Shown here: positions 27,940-37,394 of the stretch, one piece after another
Position numbering within the stretch: position 1 is the first letter of the stretch
How the letters are laid out: each line of letters begins with the position of its first letter
From: an uncultured Oceanospirillaceae bacterium
GTDB taxonomy: Bacteria; Pseudomonadota; Gammaproteobacteria; Pseudomonadales; Oceanobacteraceae
Direction: 5' to 3'
Assembly (NCBI GenBank): GCA_937974825.1
Contig: CALJVD010000033.1
Location: forward strand, 6,957 to 70,956
DNA length: 64,000 nt
The notes under the pieces: generated by a model
Database searches by the model: none
Told to the model about the DNA's origin: nothing
Seen by the model: the letters and a program-made list of their open reading frames with translations, nothing else
Made by a program: the position numbers and the translations under genes

Positions 27940-28037
27940 TCCATATTATGAGTGAAAGCGATATTTTATCATATAGTAGTGTTAAGAAAATAAGCCGAAA
28001 TACTTAGTTTTCATTGGGTAGGCATGGTGAAGTATAA

Positions 28038-29270
28038 TTATAACTTAGCCGCTCTATGCCCCAGCCCCATAGCATGACGAGCAAATAACTTACGTACAGT
28101 CGGGGCGGCACTCATGGCAATCAAGCCTAGGTTACGTAACAAGCGTACTGTCAGTTGTTGCGAGCCAAATACTTTAGGCAACAAGTCACTTAGTAATATG
28201 GTGTTTCGTTGATCAGCACTTTGTTGTTGTTGGTAGGCCATTAATACCTCTAAGTCGCCCGGGGATTTCCCTGCGGCAATAGCGCGATTAAGGTGCTCAG
28301 CTAATACAGCGGTGTCACGTAATGCTAAGTTAAATCCCTGGCCTGCTACCGGATGTAATCCATGAGCGGCGTTACCTAATAGCACTAAAGAGCGGCGTAC
28401 TTGTTCATTACTTATGATTAACGATAGTGGGTAGCTGGCGCGCGTGCCCACCTTTACCAAAGTGCCGATACGATCACCGACTTGCTGCTGTAAATGCGCA
28501 AGAAAGTCGTTATCTGGCATGGCTTTAATATGCTCTATTTCATCGTTAGGTACTGCCCAAACAACGACATAGTCTTGTTCATTTAAGGGCAGGAAGGCAA
28601 TGGGACCATATTGGCTAAAGCGCTCATAGGCCCAATGATTATGACTGCGATTTACTTTGACCTGTGTGACTAAGGCGTGTGTACCGTAATCTTGCTTACT
28701 GTGTCGAATGCCCAGTTGACCTGCCAGTCCAGAACGAGCGCCATCGGCCAACACTAATAATTTGGTTTGTAAGGTCGCACCATCGGTGAAGGTCAGTAGA
28801 GCACCTTCAGCGTTCATTTGAACTTGCTGCACTTGTGCAGGGGCGTGAATATCTATATTGGCTTGGTCTAAGCCAGCAAGCAGCCCTTGGCCTATCACTG
28901 AGTTTTCAACGATATAACCTAATGCCTCTGTGCCTTGTTCTTCGGCATGTAGATGTGTTTGACCAAAGTGTCCTTGGTCAGAGACTTGCACGTGCTGAAT
29001 GGGGCAGGCTCTATCTGCAAGGGTTGACCAAACACCAATTTTATCAAGGATGGTTTGAGTGCTGTATGACAGCGCCGTAGCACGGCCGTCAAAGCTGGGT
29101 GGACGACTGGCGAAATCACCATCCCAGCGAAGCTCTTGGCGTTCAATCAGGGTGACTTTAGTGCCTTGGTCAATGGCAGGTTTTAATAAATGGACAAGGC
29201 TTGCGCCCACCATGCCGGCACCAATAATGGCGATATCGGTTGTATTGTCTAACGGATTATTGTCGGCCAT
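28038..29270 (-). CDS. ubiH: 2-octaprenyl-6-methoxyphenol hydroxylase
   Basis: 410 aa with DIAIIGAGMVG, ADGARSG and LLGNAAHGLHPVAGQGFNLALRD. It lies directly downstream of pepP as in E. coli and Pseudomonas. Confidence 0.85.
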   Translation of the reverse strand: MADNNPLDNTTDIAIIGAGMVGASLVHLLKPAIDQGTKVTLIERQELRWDGDFASRPPSFDGRATALSYSTQTILDKIGVWSTLADRACPIQHVQVSDQGHFGQTHLHAEEQGTEALGYIVENSVIGQGLLAGLDQANIDIHAPAQVQQVQMNAEGALLTFTDGATLQTKLLVLADGARSGLAGQLGIRHSKQDYGTHALVTQVKVNRSHNHWAYERFSQYGPIAFLPLNEQDYVVVWAVPNDEIEHIKAMPDNDFLAHLQQQVGDRIGTLVKVGTRASYPLSLIISNEQVRRSLVLLGNAAHGLHPVAGQGFNLALRDTAVLAEHLNRAIAAGKSPGDLEVLMAYQQQQSADQRNTILLSDLLPKVFGSQQLTVRLLRNLGLIAMSAAPTVRKLFARHAMGLGHRAAKL

Positions 29271-29294
29271 CGTCCCCTCGTCCTTTAAACCAAA

Positions 29295-30605
29295 TTAAGC
29301 CATTAATGCTTCAATGTCAGCGATCTCTTTGACCACGCCAGTGGAAAGAACTTTGTGGCCGGTTTTAGTAACCACGACATCGTCTTCAATGCGAATACCA
29401 ATGCCCCGCCACTTAGGTTCTACGCTTTCGTCATCCGGTGCAATATAAAGGCCGGGTTCAATGGTCAGTACCATGCCTTCTTCCAGTATACGCCATTGAC
29501 CATCAATACGATATTCACCAACGTCATGAACATCCATACCTAGCCAGTGGCCAGTTTTATGCATGTAGAACTGGCGGTAGGCTTCGTTTTCAATGAGCTC
29601 TTCTACATCGCCTTTTAGTAACCCATATTTAACCAAACCTTCGGTTAAAATTTTAACGGCGACTTCATGCGGAGAATTCCAGTTAGCCCCCGGCTTGACA
29701 GCTTCAATGGCGGCTTTGTTAGCGTCTAATACAAGCTGGTACATGGCAGCCTGCGCTTCGCTAAACTTGCCATTAGCAGGAAATGTACGAGTGATGTCGC
29801 TGGCGTAGTAATCTAACTCGCAACCGGCATCGATAAGAATTAAATCACCGTCTTTAATTTCTGCGGTGTTTTGGGTGTAGTGAAGAATACAGCCGTTTTC
29901 GCCCGTGCCCACAATGGATGGATAAGCAGGCCAGCGACTTCCAGCAGCCATAAAAGTGCGCATAAGTTCAGCTTCAAGCTCGTACTCATACATGCCAGGC
30001 TTCACCAGTTGCATTACACGGGTATGTGCATCGGCACTGATTTCGGTGGCACGCTGCATGACTTTAATTTCGGCGGGCGATTTCACTAAACGCATTTCGT
30101 GGAGCAAGTAATCGAGTGCGCTAAATTCTCTGGGTGGAATCGCACCGTTGCGTACTTGGGCTTTAATGTCGTTAATCCAACTCATTAAGCGGTTATCAAA
30201 CTCAGGGCTGATCCCTAAGTTGGTGTACACGCAGTCTTTGCCTTCAATTAAGCCGGGTAAAATATCGTCTATATCAGAGATAGGGAAAGCGTCATCACAG
30301 CCAAGGGTTTCAATGGCGGCTTCAGGGCCTACACGACGCCCCGTCCAGATTTCTTGCTCTTTGATTTTTTCTTGGCAAAAAAGTACGTACTCGCCTTGTT
30401 CTCGACCTGAGATTAAAACGATTACAGAGAATTCTTCAGCAAAGCCTGACAAATAATAAAAGTCAGAGTCTTGACGAAATGGATGTTCAACATCGCGGTT
30501 GCGAACGGTGGTAGGCGCTGAAGGAATAATAGCGATACTGTTCGGACGCATTAAATTGAGCAGTTGGCGGCGACGTTTAGCGTACTCTTTTGGATCAAGT
30601 TTCAT
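29295..30605 (-). CDS. pepP: Xaa-Pro aminopeptidase (M24B)
   Basis: 436 aa with metal-ligand motifs (DAGCELDYYASDITRTF, HWLGMDVHD, EPGLY, IRIEDD). Confidence 0.9.
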   Translation of the reverse strand: MKLDPKEYAKRRRQLLNLMRPNSIAIIPSAPTTVRNRDVEHPFRQDSDFYYLSGFAEEFSVIVLISGREQGEYVLFCQEKIKEQEIWTGRRVGPEAAIETLGCDDAFPISDIDDILPGLIEGKDCVYTNLGISPEFDNRLMSWINDIKAQVRNGAIPPREFSALDYLLHEMRLVKSPAEIKVMQRATEISADAHTRVMQLVKPGMYEYELEAELMRTFMAAGSRWPAYPSIVGTGENGCILHYTQNTAEIKDGDLILIDAGCELDYYASDITRTFPANGKFSEAQAAMYQLVLDANKAAIEAVKPGANWNSPHEVAVKILTEGLVKYGLLKGDVEELIENEAYRQFYMHKTGHWLGMDVHDVGEYRIDGQWRILEEGMVLTIEPGLYIAPDDESVEPKWRGIGIRIEDDVVVTKTGHKVLSTGVVKEIADIEALMA

Positions 30606-30613
30606 AATGGATC

Positions 30614-31180
30614 TTACTGTAATTGTTTAGGTGCTGAGTGAGTGCTGGTATTCATTGAGTAAAACACAGTCAGCGCAGCAATGCGTGCGTGTTCTACTAA
30701 CTCTGAATAGAGCGCTTCGTTTTCTGGATCGGTGTGATCGTCTAACTCAGCTTGGGCGAACGCTGCTAGGTGTTCTAATACTTCTTGTACGTCTTCGGGT
30801 ATGGTCTTTTGAACACGACCAGCGTAGCCAAAGCCGGTTAAAAAACCTTCGCTCCATTGGGCAAGGCATTCAACTTGCTCGTCAACATCAGCGTCATCAT
30901 CAGACGGTAGTAGCAAGGCGTACGACATATCTTGGCTGGTTAGGTCTTGTAATACCCATTCAAGCATTTCGATTAAGGCGTTGTGTAATTCAGGCTTGAT
31001 ATCGCCTTCTAGAGAAAGCAGTTCTTTTGCTTCGCTTAGCCAGTTAGCCGGTTGTAATCGTGCTCCTGCCGCTAAGTGGCCCGTTAGCCAACCATGCAGT
31101 GCAGAAGGAGTTTGATAGCATTCGGATTCTACCCATAAATCGGCTAGGTCGTTAAAGTCTAAGGACATAAGGGATCTCAA
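30614..31180 (-). CDS. ygfB: UPF0149 family protein YgfB
   Basis: Acidic protein of about 185 aa in the conserved ygfB-pepP-ubiH position. The pattern (ALHGWLTG...WSEGFLTGFG) fits YgfB. Confidence 0.75.
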   Translation of the reverse strand: MRSLMSLDFNDLADLWVESECYQTPSALHGWLTGHLAAGARLQPANWLSEAKELLSLEGDIKPELHNALIEMLEWVLQDLTSQDMSYALLLPSDDDADVDEQVECLAQWSEGFLTGFGYAGRVQKTIPEDVQEVLEHLAAFAQAELDDHTDPENEALYSELVEHARIAALTVFYSMNTSTHSAPKQLQ

Positions 31181-31306
31181 CTTATAAAATATAGGGCGAT
31201 TTTAGCACTAAATGCACTAGATTGCTGTCTACCCTGCAATGATTCAATCAGAGCCATTGACCGCAATACAACTAGGCTCTTATAGTAAAGGAAGTTCAAA
31301 AATAAG

Positions 31307-31525
31307 ATGAAGCCAGAGATTATGGATATTCAAGGTTTGCTCCAAAAGTTAGAAAAAATGTTGACGATTCATAATGATCTTCGACGTCAGAATGATGCGC
31401 TTAAAAATGCCGAGGCTCAATGGCAGCTAGAGCGTGTTAAGCTCATGCAACAAAATGAAATTGCTCGTCGTAAAGTGAATGAAATGATTGAGCGTCTACA
31501 AGTGTTGGAGCGTAACAGTGGCTAA
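31307..31525 (+). CDS. Small coiled-coil protein upstream of zapA (TIGR02449-like)
   Basis: 72 aa with heptad-rich sequence. Its 3' end overlaps the zapA GTG start. Pseudomonads have the same small gene before zapA, as I recall. Confidence 0.6.
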   Translation: MKPEIMDIQGLLQKLEKMLTIHNDLRRQNDALKNAEAQWQLERVKLMQQNEIARRKVNEMIERLQVLERNSG

Positions 31526-31832
31526 TCCCTCAAAAACCATTTCTCTGTTAATTCTTGAACGAGAGTATCGCGTGAACTGCCCTGCTGGAGCAGAAGAAAA
31601 ACTGCGTGCCGCAGCGCGTATGCTCGATGAAAAGATGACTGAAATTAAGCAAGCGAGTTCCGCTAGTGGTACCTTGCCTGGGTTAGACCGCATTGCTGTT
31701 ATTGCTGCGTTAAATATTGCTAACCAGCTACAAGAAGCAAAAAACAGTGTGATTGAAGATGCGAAAGTCGTTGCTCATATGCACGAGCTTTTAGATGACG
31801 CAATTGAAGAGAATCAACAGTTAGAACTGTAA
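31518..31832 (+). CDS. zapA: Cell division protein ZapA
   Basis: About 104 aa: ISLLILEREYRVNCPAGAEEKLRAAARMLDEKM..DRIAVIAALNIANQL. It is followed by 6S RNA and ygfA, the conserved arrangement. I prefer the GTG at 31518. Confidence 0.85.
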   Translation: MANPSKTISLLILEREYRVNCPAGAEEKLRAAARMLDEKMTEIKQASSASGTLPGLDRIAVIAALNIANQLQEAKNSVIEDAKVVAHMHELLDDAIEENQQLEL

Positions 31833-31890
31833 TTTAAAAGATAAAGATAGGGCGCGCTGCAAACTTGCTTTAATTTTGCTACAATTAAAT

Positions 31891-32072
31891 TGCTCCCTGG
31901 GGTGTTAGCCAGTGGTAAAGACCTGAGCCGATGCTATTATTTTTGGAAGGTTCATTTATTATTGTGTGCATGTCTGCTTCGGCGGAAAGCCTAATATAGT
32001 AATTGTCCTACCACCTTGGACCATAGGGTTCAAGGGCTTTACCAACATCAGCGGCACAGCGGGGAGCCCCAC
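31891..32072 (+). ncRNA. ssrS: 6S RNA
   Basis: About 182 nt between zapA and ygfA. It contains CCUGAGCCGAU near the 5' side and ACCUUGGACCAUAGGGUUCAAGGGCUUUAC...GCGGCACAGCGGGGAGC near the 3' side, matching conserved E. coli 6S segments. The 5' GCUCCCUGGGG pairs with the 3' CGGGGAGC. A TACAAT -10 lies at 31880-31885. Confidence 0.9.
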
Positions 32073-32083
32073 TTTAATCAGTC

Positions 32084-32665
32084 ATGAACAAAACTGACCT
32101 ACGTAAAGAAGTCCGTCGTCGCAGACGTGCACTTACCCCAAGCCAACGCCAACAAGCGGCATTTAATCTCCTCAGAAATCTGCGTCATTTCCCGCACTTT
32201 CAAAGCAGTCAGCATATCGCTATTTACCTCACTAATGACGGTGAAATTGACACATCAGTATTGATAGCAGATCTGCAAAAACGAGGTAAAACATTGTACT
32301 TACCCGTGCTGCATCCATTTAAGAGTGGTCACCTAAGCTTTATTCGCTGGCATAGTGCTACACGCATGACAACCAACAAGTTTAATATTCCAGAGCCAAG
32401 CTTTAATTCAGACGAGATTATACCCACTGCGATGTTGCAATTGATCTGTATGCCGCTGGTGGCCTTTGATGAGGAAGGGAATCGACTGGGCATGGGTGGA
32501 GGCTTTTATGATCGCAGCTTGGCTTTTATGCAGGGCCAAGGAAATAAGCCAGCACTGTTAGGGTTGGCTTATGAGTTACAGAAAACCGCTAGTATTCCGG
32601 CGGAGCCGTGGGATATTCCACTAGACGCCATCGCCACTGACCGTAAGCTCTATTTGTTTAATTGA
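32084..32665 (+). CDS. ygfA: 5-formyltetrahydrofolate cyclo-ligase
   Basis: 193 aa with LRKEVRRRRRALTP.., GMGGGFYDR and a conserved location immediately after ssrS. Confidence 0.88.
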   Translation: MNKTDLRKEVRRRRRALTPSQRQQAAFNLLRNLRHFPHFQSSQHIAIYLTNDGEIDTSVLIADLQKRGKTLYLPVLHPFKSGHLSFIRWHSATRMTTNKFNIPEPSFNSDEIIPTAMLQLICMPLVAFDEEGNRLGMGGGFYDRSLAFMQGQGNKPALLGLAYELQKTASIPAEPWDIPLDAIATDRKLYLFN

Positions 32666-33611
32666 TTTGCTGATCAAAGAAGTCCCACATAGGCTGCTGA
32701 AATTCTTCTGTTTCGTTCACCATGTGATGGCGCGCATTGGGAATGATTTCAATGGCACCATTTGGAAATTTGCGCTTTAAAAAGCCCATGTTGTATTGCC
32801 AAATAACAGAGTAGTCTTCCGTTCCTTGAACAGTGTTGATGGCAATATCAGACTCTTCTGTACGCTCAATAAATTTGTTCCATTGAATCACGGCATTAAT
32901 CCAACTTACTGATAAGGCTTTTGTTTGTAAGGGATCGATGGTTTGTACGAACGTTAAAAAATCTAAGTCGTGTGAGTTAGTACTCACCGCTCGGGCGACC
33001 TCCTCTCTGCGTCTGCGCACAAAGGGCAGTAGAAGGTTCATCTTTCGCCAGCTCTTAGGACGAACCAGCGGAGATATTAAGTTAACCGACTTAAAAGGAG
33101 AGTTGTCTTGTTTAACTTCGTACTTTAGTAAGTAGTTGATAATGATGGCGCCACCCGTGCTCTGACCAAAGACATGAATGGGTTCAGAAAAGTGCAGACA
33201 GATATTGGTCAGCATCTTAGTAAAGACCTGATCGTACTGTTGGAAACTGTTGATAGCAGCGCGTTTACCCGATGACAACCCATGACCGGGCAAGTCGAAA
33301 GCAATAACACGCCAACCCTTGCTTAGGCAGTATTTGATTAAATGACGGTAGAGGCCAACGTGGTCATACAGGCCGTGGACAAGAAAAGCATTGCCCTTTA
33401 CCTGTTTGGGCTCCCACACTTGAGCAACAATACTGAAGCCGGCAATTTGCAGTAAACCAGCGTGATGGGTTTGAGCGTTGTTATCGTTGAGTGGCAGCTG
33501 ATAATAATCACAATAGTTTTGCCATTCTCGATTATCTAAAGGGTCGTTTAAAGACCAGTCCATAAGAGAAAGAGAATGTAATAAGCCAGCAGCTGTCCAG
33601 GTTTTACTCAC
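32658..33611 (-). CDS. Alpha/beta hydrolase (lysophospholipase/monoglyceride lipase-like)
   Basis: 317 aa with HGLYDH (oxyanion region), the GQSTGG nucleophile elbow and a C-terminal ARHH His motif. Confidence 0.75.
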   Translation of the reverse strand: MSKTWTAAGLLHSLSLMDWSLNDPLDNREWQNYCDYYQLPLNDNNAQTHHAGLLQIAGFSIVAQVWEPKQVKGNAFLVHGLYDHVGLYRHLIKYCLSKGWRVIAFDLPGHGLSSGKRAAINSFQQYDQVFTKMLTNICLHFSEPIHVFGQSTGGAIIINYLLKYEVKQDNSPFKSVNLISPLVRPKSWRKMNLLLPFVRRRREEVARAVSTNSHDLDFLTFVQTIDPLQTKALSVSWINAVIQWNKFIERTEESDIAINTVQGTEDYSVIWQYNMGFLKRKFPNGAIEIIPNARHHMVNETEEFQQPMWDFFDQQIN

Positions 33612-33821
33612 AAATATGCCCTCAACGAAATAATGCCCATAGTGTAGTCAGTCTTGCTATCACTGCATAGCTCTCTAACATTTTTGAAGATAATCTAGAT
33701 CATTGTTCGCTAATCAAATTAATACAGATAAGCTTGCCTAGGTTACAATCGTGGGACAACCTTTGTCAGCGCACAAGCCTTGCTGCTAAAGTGTGCGCGC
33801 TTATTAACATTGAGAATTACT

Positions 33822-34526
33822 ATGCGCCAAGAGCAAATATCGGCGAGAGAAGTCGTTTGGTATAACCCTAAGCTGATTACTGAGCCATTGGAAAGGTTGT
33901 TTGATCCTGAATATTGGCAGGCTGAAGAACGTGTGCTCGGTAGCGCATTAGGGCGAGGGGTTACTTGGTTTGTGCAAACGCAACAATTACCGGCAGCGTT
34001 ACGACATTATCGCCGTGGTGGCTTATTTGGAAAAATAGTAAGTGATAACTATTTGTTTACCGGCTGGAAGAACACCCGCAGTTATGCCGAATTTCAATTG
34101 TTAGAACACTTAGCTCAAAAAGGGGTGAATGTGCCACGCCCTCTAGCTGCACGGGTGATTAAGTGTGGTTTGTTGTATCAAGCCGATTTGTTAAGTGAGC
34201 TAATTCCCAATGCTCAAGATTTAATTAGTATTTTAAAAGAGCGACCATTGAGCGCTAACTTATATCAAAAGATCGGCCAAGAAATTAGAAAAATGCACGG
34301 TGTGCAGGTTAATCATACCGACCTAAATATTCATAATATATTGATCGATCATGATGAAAAGGTATGGATAATAGACTTTGATAAATGCGCTGTTCATGCT
34401 GGCGATAAGTGGAAAGAAGCGAATATTCAGCGATTATTGCGATCGTTTAAAAAAGAACAAGGAAAGGCGAATATTCATTGGCAAGAGTCAGAGTTCGATC
34501 ACTTATTAGCCGGTTATCGTGCTTAA
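33822..34526 (+). CDS. kdkA: 3-deoxy-D-manno-octulosonic acid (Kdo) kinase
   Basis: About 234 aa with RGVTWFV, LRHYRRGG and kinase-like HTDLNIHNILID...IIDFDK motifs characteristic of KdkA. The start is taken at Met15 of the track ORF. Confidence 0.8.
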   Translation: MRQEQISAREVVWYNPKLITEPLERLFDPEYWQAEERVLGSALGRGVTWFVQTQQLPAALRHYRRGGLFGKIVSDNYLFTGWKNTRSYAEFQLLEHLAQKGVNVPRPLAARVIKCGLLYQADLLSELIPNAQDLISILKERPLSANLYQKIGQEIRKMHGVQVNHTDLNIHNILIDHDEKVWIIDFDKCAVHAGDKWKEANIQRLLRSFKKEQGKANIHWQESEFDHLLAGYRA

Positions 34527-34527
34527 A

Positions 34528-35676
34528 CTATTCTGTTAAAAATAGGCTGAGCAGCTCGTTTAAATATTGCTGGCCATGGTCGGTTGCTTGCAGTTGTTCA
34601 GAAACCTCTAATAGGCCAAGTTGCACCGCTCTATCAACAGGCTTTTGCACGTCTTTCAGAGTTAACCCTGTACGTTGCTCAAAGTCTTTTACGCTTATGC
34701 CTTGGTGTAAACGTAAGGCGTTCATTAAGCATTCTAAGCCGCGATCTTCTTTTTCAATCAGTGCATGACGGCGCTTAGCGAGCTTGTTCTTGTTTAGGTA
34801 GTCACTCGGCATACGCGTTTTTTGGCTGCGTATAATGTCACCGCTGTCTGGAAAAGTGATTTTTCCATGCGCACCCGCACCTATGCCAAGATAGTCTCCA
34901 AATTGCCAGTAATTAATATTGTGTCTAGCTTCATGGCCAGCCTTGGCGTGCGCTGATATTTCGTAGTGTTGATACCCTTCTTGAGACAGTAGCGCTAGAC
35001 CGGCTTCTTGGATATCCCACAATGCATCTTCTACGGGTAGTAGAGGAGGGCGTTTATAAAATTCGGTATTAGGTTCAATGGTGAGCTGATACCAAGAAAT
35101 ATGCGGGGGTTCAAAGCGAATAGCATGACGCAGATCTGATAGCGCATCCTCAATGCTTTGACCCGGTAAGCCATACATAAGGTCTAAATTAAAGTTAGTA
35201 AAACCGGCATCTTTAGCAATTTGTACGGCGTTCAGTGCTTGTTGACCGTCATGCACACGTCCGAGCTTTTGCAAAAACTCGCCATTAAAACTTTGAATAC
35301 CAATGGATAATCGGTTGATGCCCAGTGCAAAGTAGCCAGCGAACTTTTCTGCCTCAAAAGTGCCTGGGTTTGCTTCTAGAGTGATTTCTATATCGGGCGC
35401 AAACTCTAGGCTGTTTTTCAATCCAGCAAACAGTTTTTTATAAGCACCCACAGACAATAAGCTAGGTGTTCCGCCACCAATAAAAATACTTTGAATTGGG
35501 CGTTGTTGCACCCACTCTAAATCTTGCTCTAAATCCGCTAGTAGTGCGTCTATGTATTCGTCTTCTGGTAGCTCAGTGGGGGCAGCGTGTGAGTTGAAAT
35601 CACAATAAGGGCATTTTCGAATACACCAAGGCACATGGATGTATAGGCTTAACGGCGGAAGAGACAGAGTGGCCAT
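34528..35676 (-). CDS. hemW: Radical SAM heme chaperone HemW (YggW)
   Basis: 382 aa with LYIHVPWCIRKCPYCDF (CxxxCxxC). It lies downstream of rdgB as in many gammaproteobacteria. Confidence 0.88.
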   Translation of the reverse strand: MATLSLPPLSLYIHVPWCIRKCPYCDFNSHAAPTELPEDEYIDALLADLEQDLEWVQQRPIQSIFIGGGTPSLLSVGAYKKLFAGLKNSLEFAPDIEITLEANPGTFEAEKFAGYFALGINRLSIGIQSFNGEFLQKLGRVHDGQQALNAVQIAKDAGFTNFNLDLMYGLPGQSIEDALSDLRHAIRFEPPHISWYQLTIEPNTEFYKRPPLLPVEDALWDIQEAGLALLSQEGYQHYEISAHAKAGHEARHNINYWQFGDYLGIGAGAHGKITFPDSGDIIRSQKTRMPSDYLNKNKLAKRRHALIEKEDRGLECLMNALRLHQGISVKDFEQRTGLTLKDVQKPVDRAVQLGLLEVSEQLQATDHGQQYLNELLSLFLTE

Positions 35677-35684
35677 AGTGTACT

Positions 35685-36299
35685 TTAAGGGCGCCAGTGT
35701 TTGATCAGTTGTTGAATCGCCTGACCACGATGAGACAGTTCGTTTTTACGTTCTTTACTTAAGCTGGCCGAGCTACAGCCTTCGCTTGGCACATAAAAAA
35801 GAGGGTCGTAGCCAAAGCCTTCACTGCCCTCTGCTGAGGTAGCAATGACTCCTTCCCAACTGCCTTGGAATACTTGTGGGGTTGGGTCTTGGGCGTGGCG
35901 CATATACACCAGTACACACTGGAAACGGGCACTGCGTTGCTCGCTAGGTACATCTTCTAGTGCCGCTAGTAGTTTATCGTTATTAGCACTATCGCCCGTG
36001 CCAAAACCGTCTTCTGCTTGGGCGTAACGAGCGCTATATATGCCCGGAGCCCCCTTGAGTGCATCGACTTCTAAGCCTGAATCATCGGCGAGTGATGGTA
36101 AGCCGGTTTGCTGACAAGCGTTGCGTGCTTTTAAAATGGCATTTTCAACAAAGCTTAAGCCGGTTTCTTCGGCCTCGGTAACCTCTAGCTCTGTTTGTGG
36201 AATTAACTCGATATTTTGCTCAGCAAAGTGTGTCGCAAAAAGTTGGCTGAACTCTCTTAACTTGCCAGCGTTACCACTGGCTAAAACGATTTTAGACAT
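35685..36299 (-). CDS. rdgB: dITP/XTP pyrophosphatase (Ham1 family)
   Basis: 204 aa with VLASGNAGKLREF, DDSGLEVDAL.GAPGIYSARY and FGYDPLF. Confidence 0.9.
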   Translation of the reverse strand: MSKIVLASGNAGKLREFSQLFATHFAEQNIELIPQTELEVTEAEETGLSFVENAILKARNACQQTGLPSLADDSGLEVDALKGAPGIYSARYAQAEDGFGTGDSANNDKLLAALEDVPSEQRSARFQCVLVYMRHAQDPTPQVFQGSWEGVIATSAEGSEGFGYDPLFYVPSEGCSSASLSKERKNELSHRGQAIQQLIKHWRP

Positions 36300-36316
36300 A
36301 ATGTAAGGTTGATCGG

Positions 36317-36790
36317 CTAGTCTTCAAAATAGAATTGTTGGCTAAATTTCACATCAAAGGTGCGCTTTTGACCAGATGGTGTCACTTTAATATCAAGGTT
36401 GTAGCGGTCTTCGTCATCAAAACGGAAGGTGCTGACATAGTACACAGCATCCGTTTCTTTAATCTCTTTAAACTCTAAAACGCGTGACTGACCAATAAGG
36501 TTTTTAATAGTGCCTTCAACCTTTGCGGTGATGGGCGTGCCAACGTCTTTGTTGTCTTTAGTATCTAAGACTGAAATGCTTATAAAGCCCATGGTACGAG
36601 AACGTTCAATACCATAAGCAACGGCAGTTTCTGGGCTTAAGAAATTAGAGGTTAAACCAATATAATGTACCTCGTACTGGCCAAATACTTGCTTTTGACC
36701 ACCACGGCTGCTGTTAGCCATAGAAACACTGGATACCACTAAAAGAAAAGCAGCAAATAACACAGTAAACAGTTTGGATATGCGTAACAT
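36317..36790 (-). CDS. Secreted DUF4426-like protein
   Basis: Signal peptide MLRISKLFTVLFAAFLLVVSSVSMA. The gene sits between metW and rdgB, as the DUF4426 gene does in pseudomonads (from recollection). The Met at 36790 avoids overlap with metW. Confidence 0.6.
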   Translation of the reverse strand: MLRISKLFTVLFAAFLLVVSSVSMANSSRGGQKQVFGQYEVHYIGLTSNFLSPETAVAYGIERSRTMGFISISVLDTKDNKDVGTPITAKVEGTIKNLIGQSRVLEFKEIKETDAVYYVSTFRFDDEDRYNLDIKVTPSGQKRTFDVKFSQQFYFED

Positions 36791-36791
36791 T

Positions 36792-37394
36792 TTATTTCCT
36801 TTTAATGTGATAAATGGCCGTTTCGCCAAGCATGGATGGCCAGAGGTTAATGCTTAGGTGTTCTTTGTACTCGTCATCGACCACGGTTCTGTTCAAAATG
36901 CGAATGCCTTTTTCATGACATAGCACTTCAAAGTCGCGAAAGGTACAAAGGTGAATATTTGGTGTGTCGTACCAGTTGTAAGGCAGCGTTTTAGACATTG
37001 GCATACGGCCCTTCAGCATTAAGTAAAAGCGAGTACGCCAATAGCCAAAGTTAGGGAAGGTAATAATAGCTTCATTACCAATACGTAGCATTTCGTCTAG
37101 CAGTAAGTCAGGACGCTGAACAGACTGTAGTGCATGGGTCATCACAACAGTGTCGCGGCTGTTATCTTGGAAGTTTGCTAAGCCTTTGTCTAAGTCTTGC
37201 TCAATAACATTAACGCCCTTTTGGATACAAGCTGTAATTTTTTCAGGGCTGATTTCTAGGCCGTAGCCGTGCACGTTTTTATGTTCTTTTAAGTATTTTA
37301 ATAAAACACCGGCACCACAGCCTAAGTCTAATACTTTACTATTAGGCTTAATCCATTGCTGAATAATGTTTAAATCTTCACGTAAGGGGTTCAT
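36792..37394 (-). CDS. metW: Methionine biosynthesis protein MetW
   Basis: 200 aa with a SAM-MTase-like LDLGCGAGVLL motif. The start and stop overlap with metX (ATGA-type junction at 37394). Confidence 0.88.
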   Translation of the reverse strand: MNPLREDLNIIQQWIKPNSKVLDLGCGAGVLLKYLKEHKNVHGYGLEISPEKITACIQKGVNVIEQDLDKGLANFQDNSRDTVVMTHALQSVQRPDLLLDEMLRIGNEAIITFPNFGYWRTRFYLMLKGRMPMSKTLPYNWYDTPNIHLCTFRDFEVLCHEKGIRILNRTVVDDEYKEHLSINLWPSMLGETAIYHIKRK

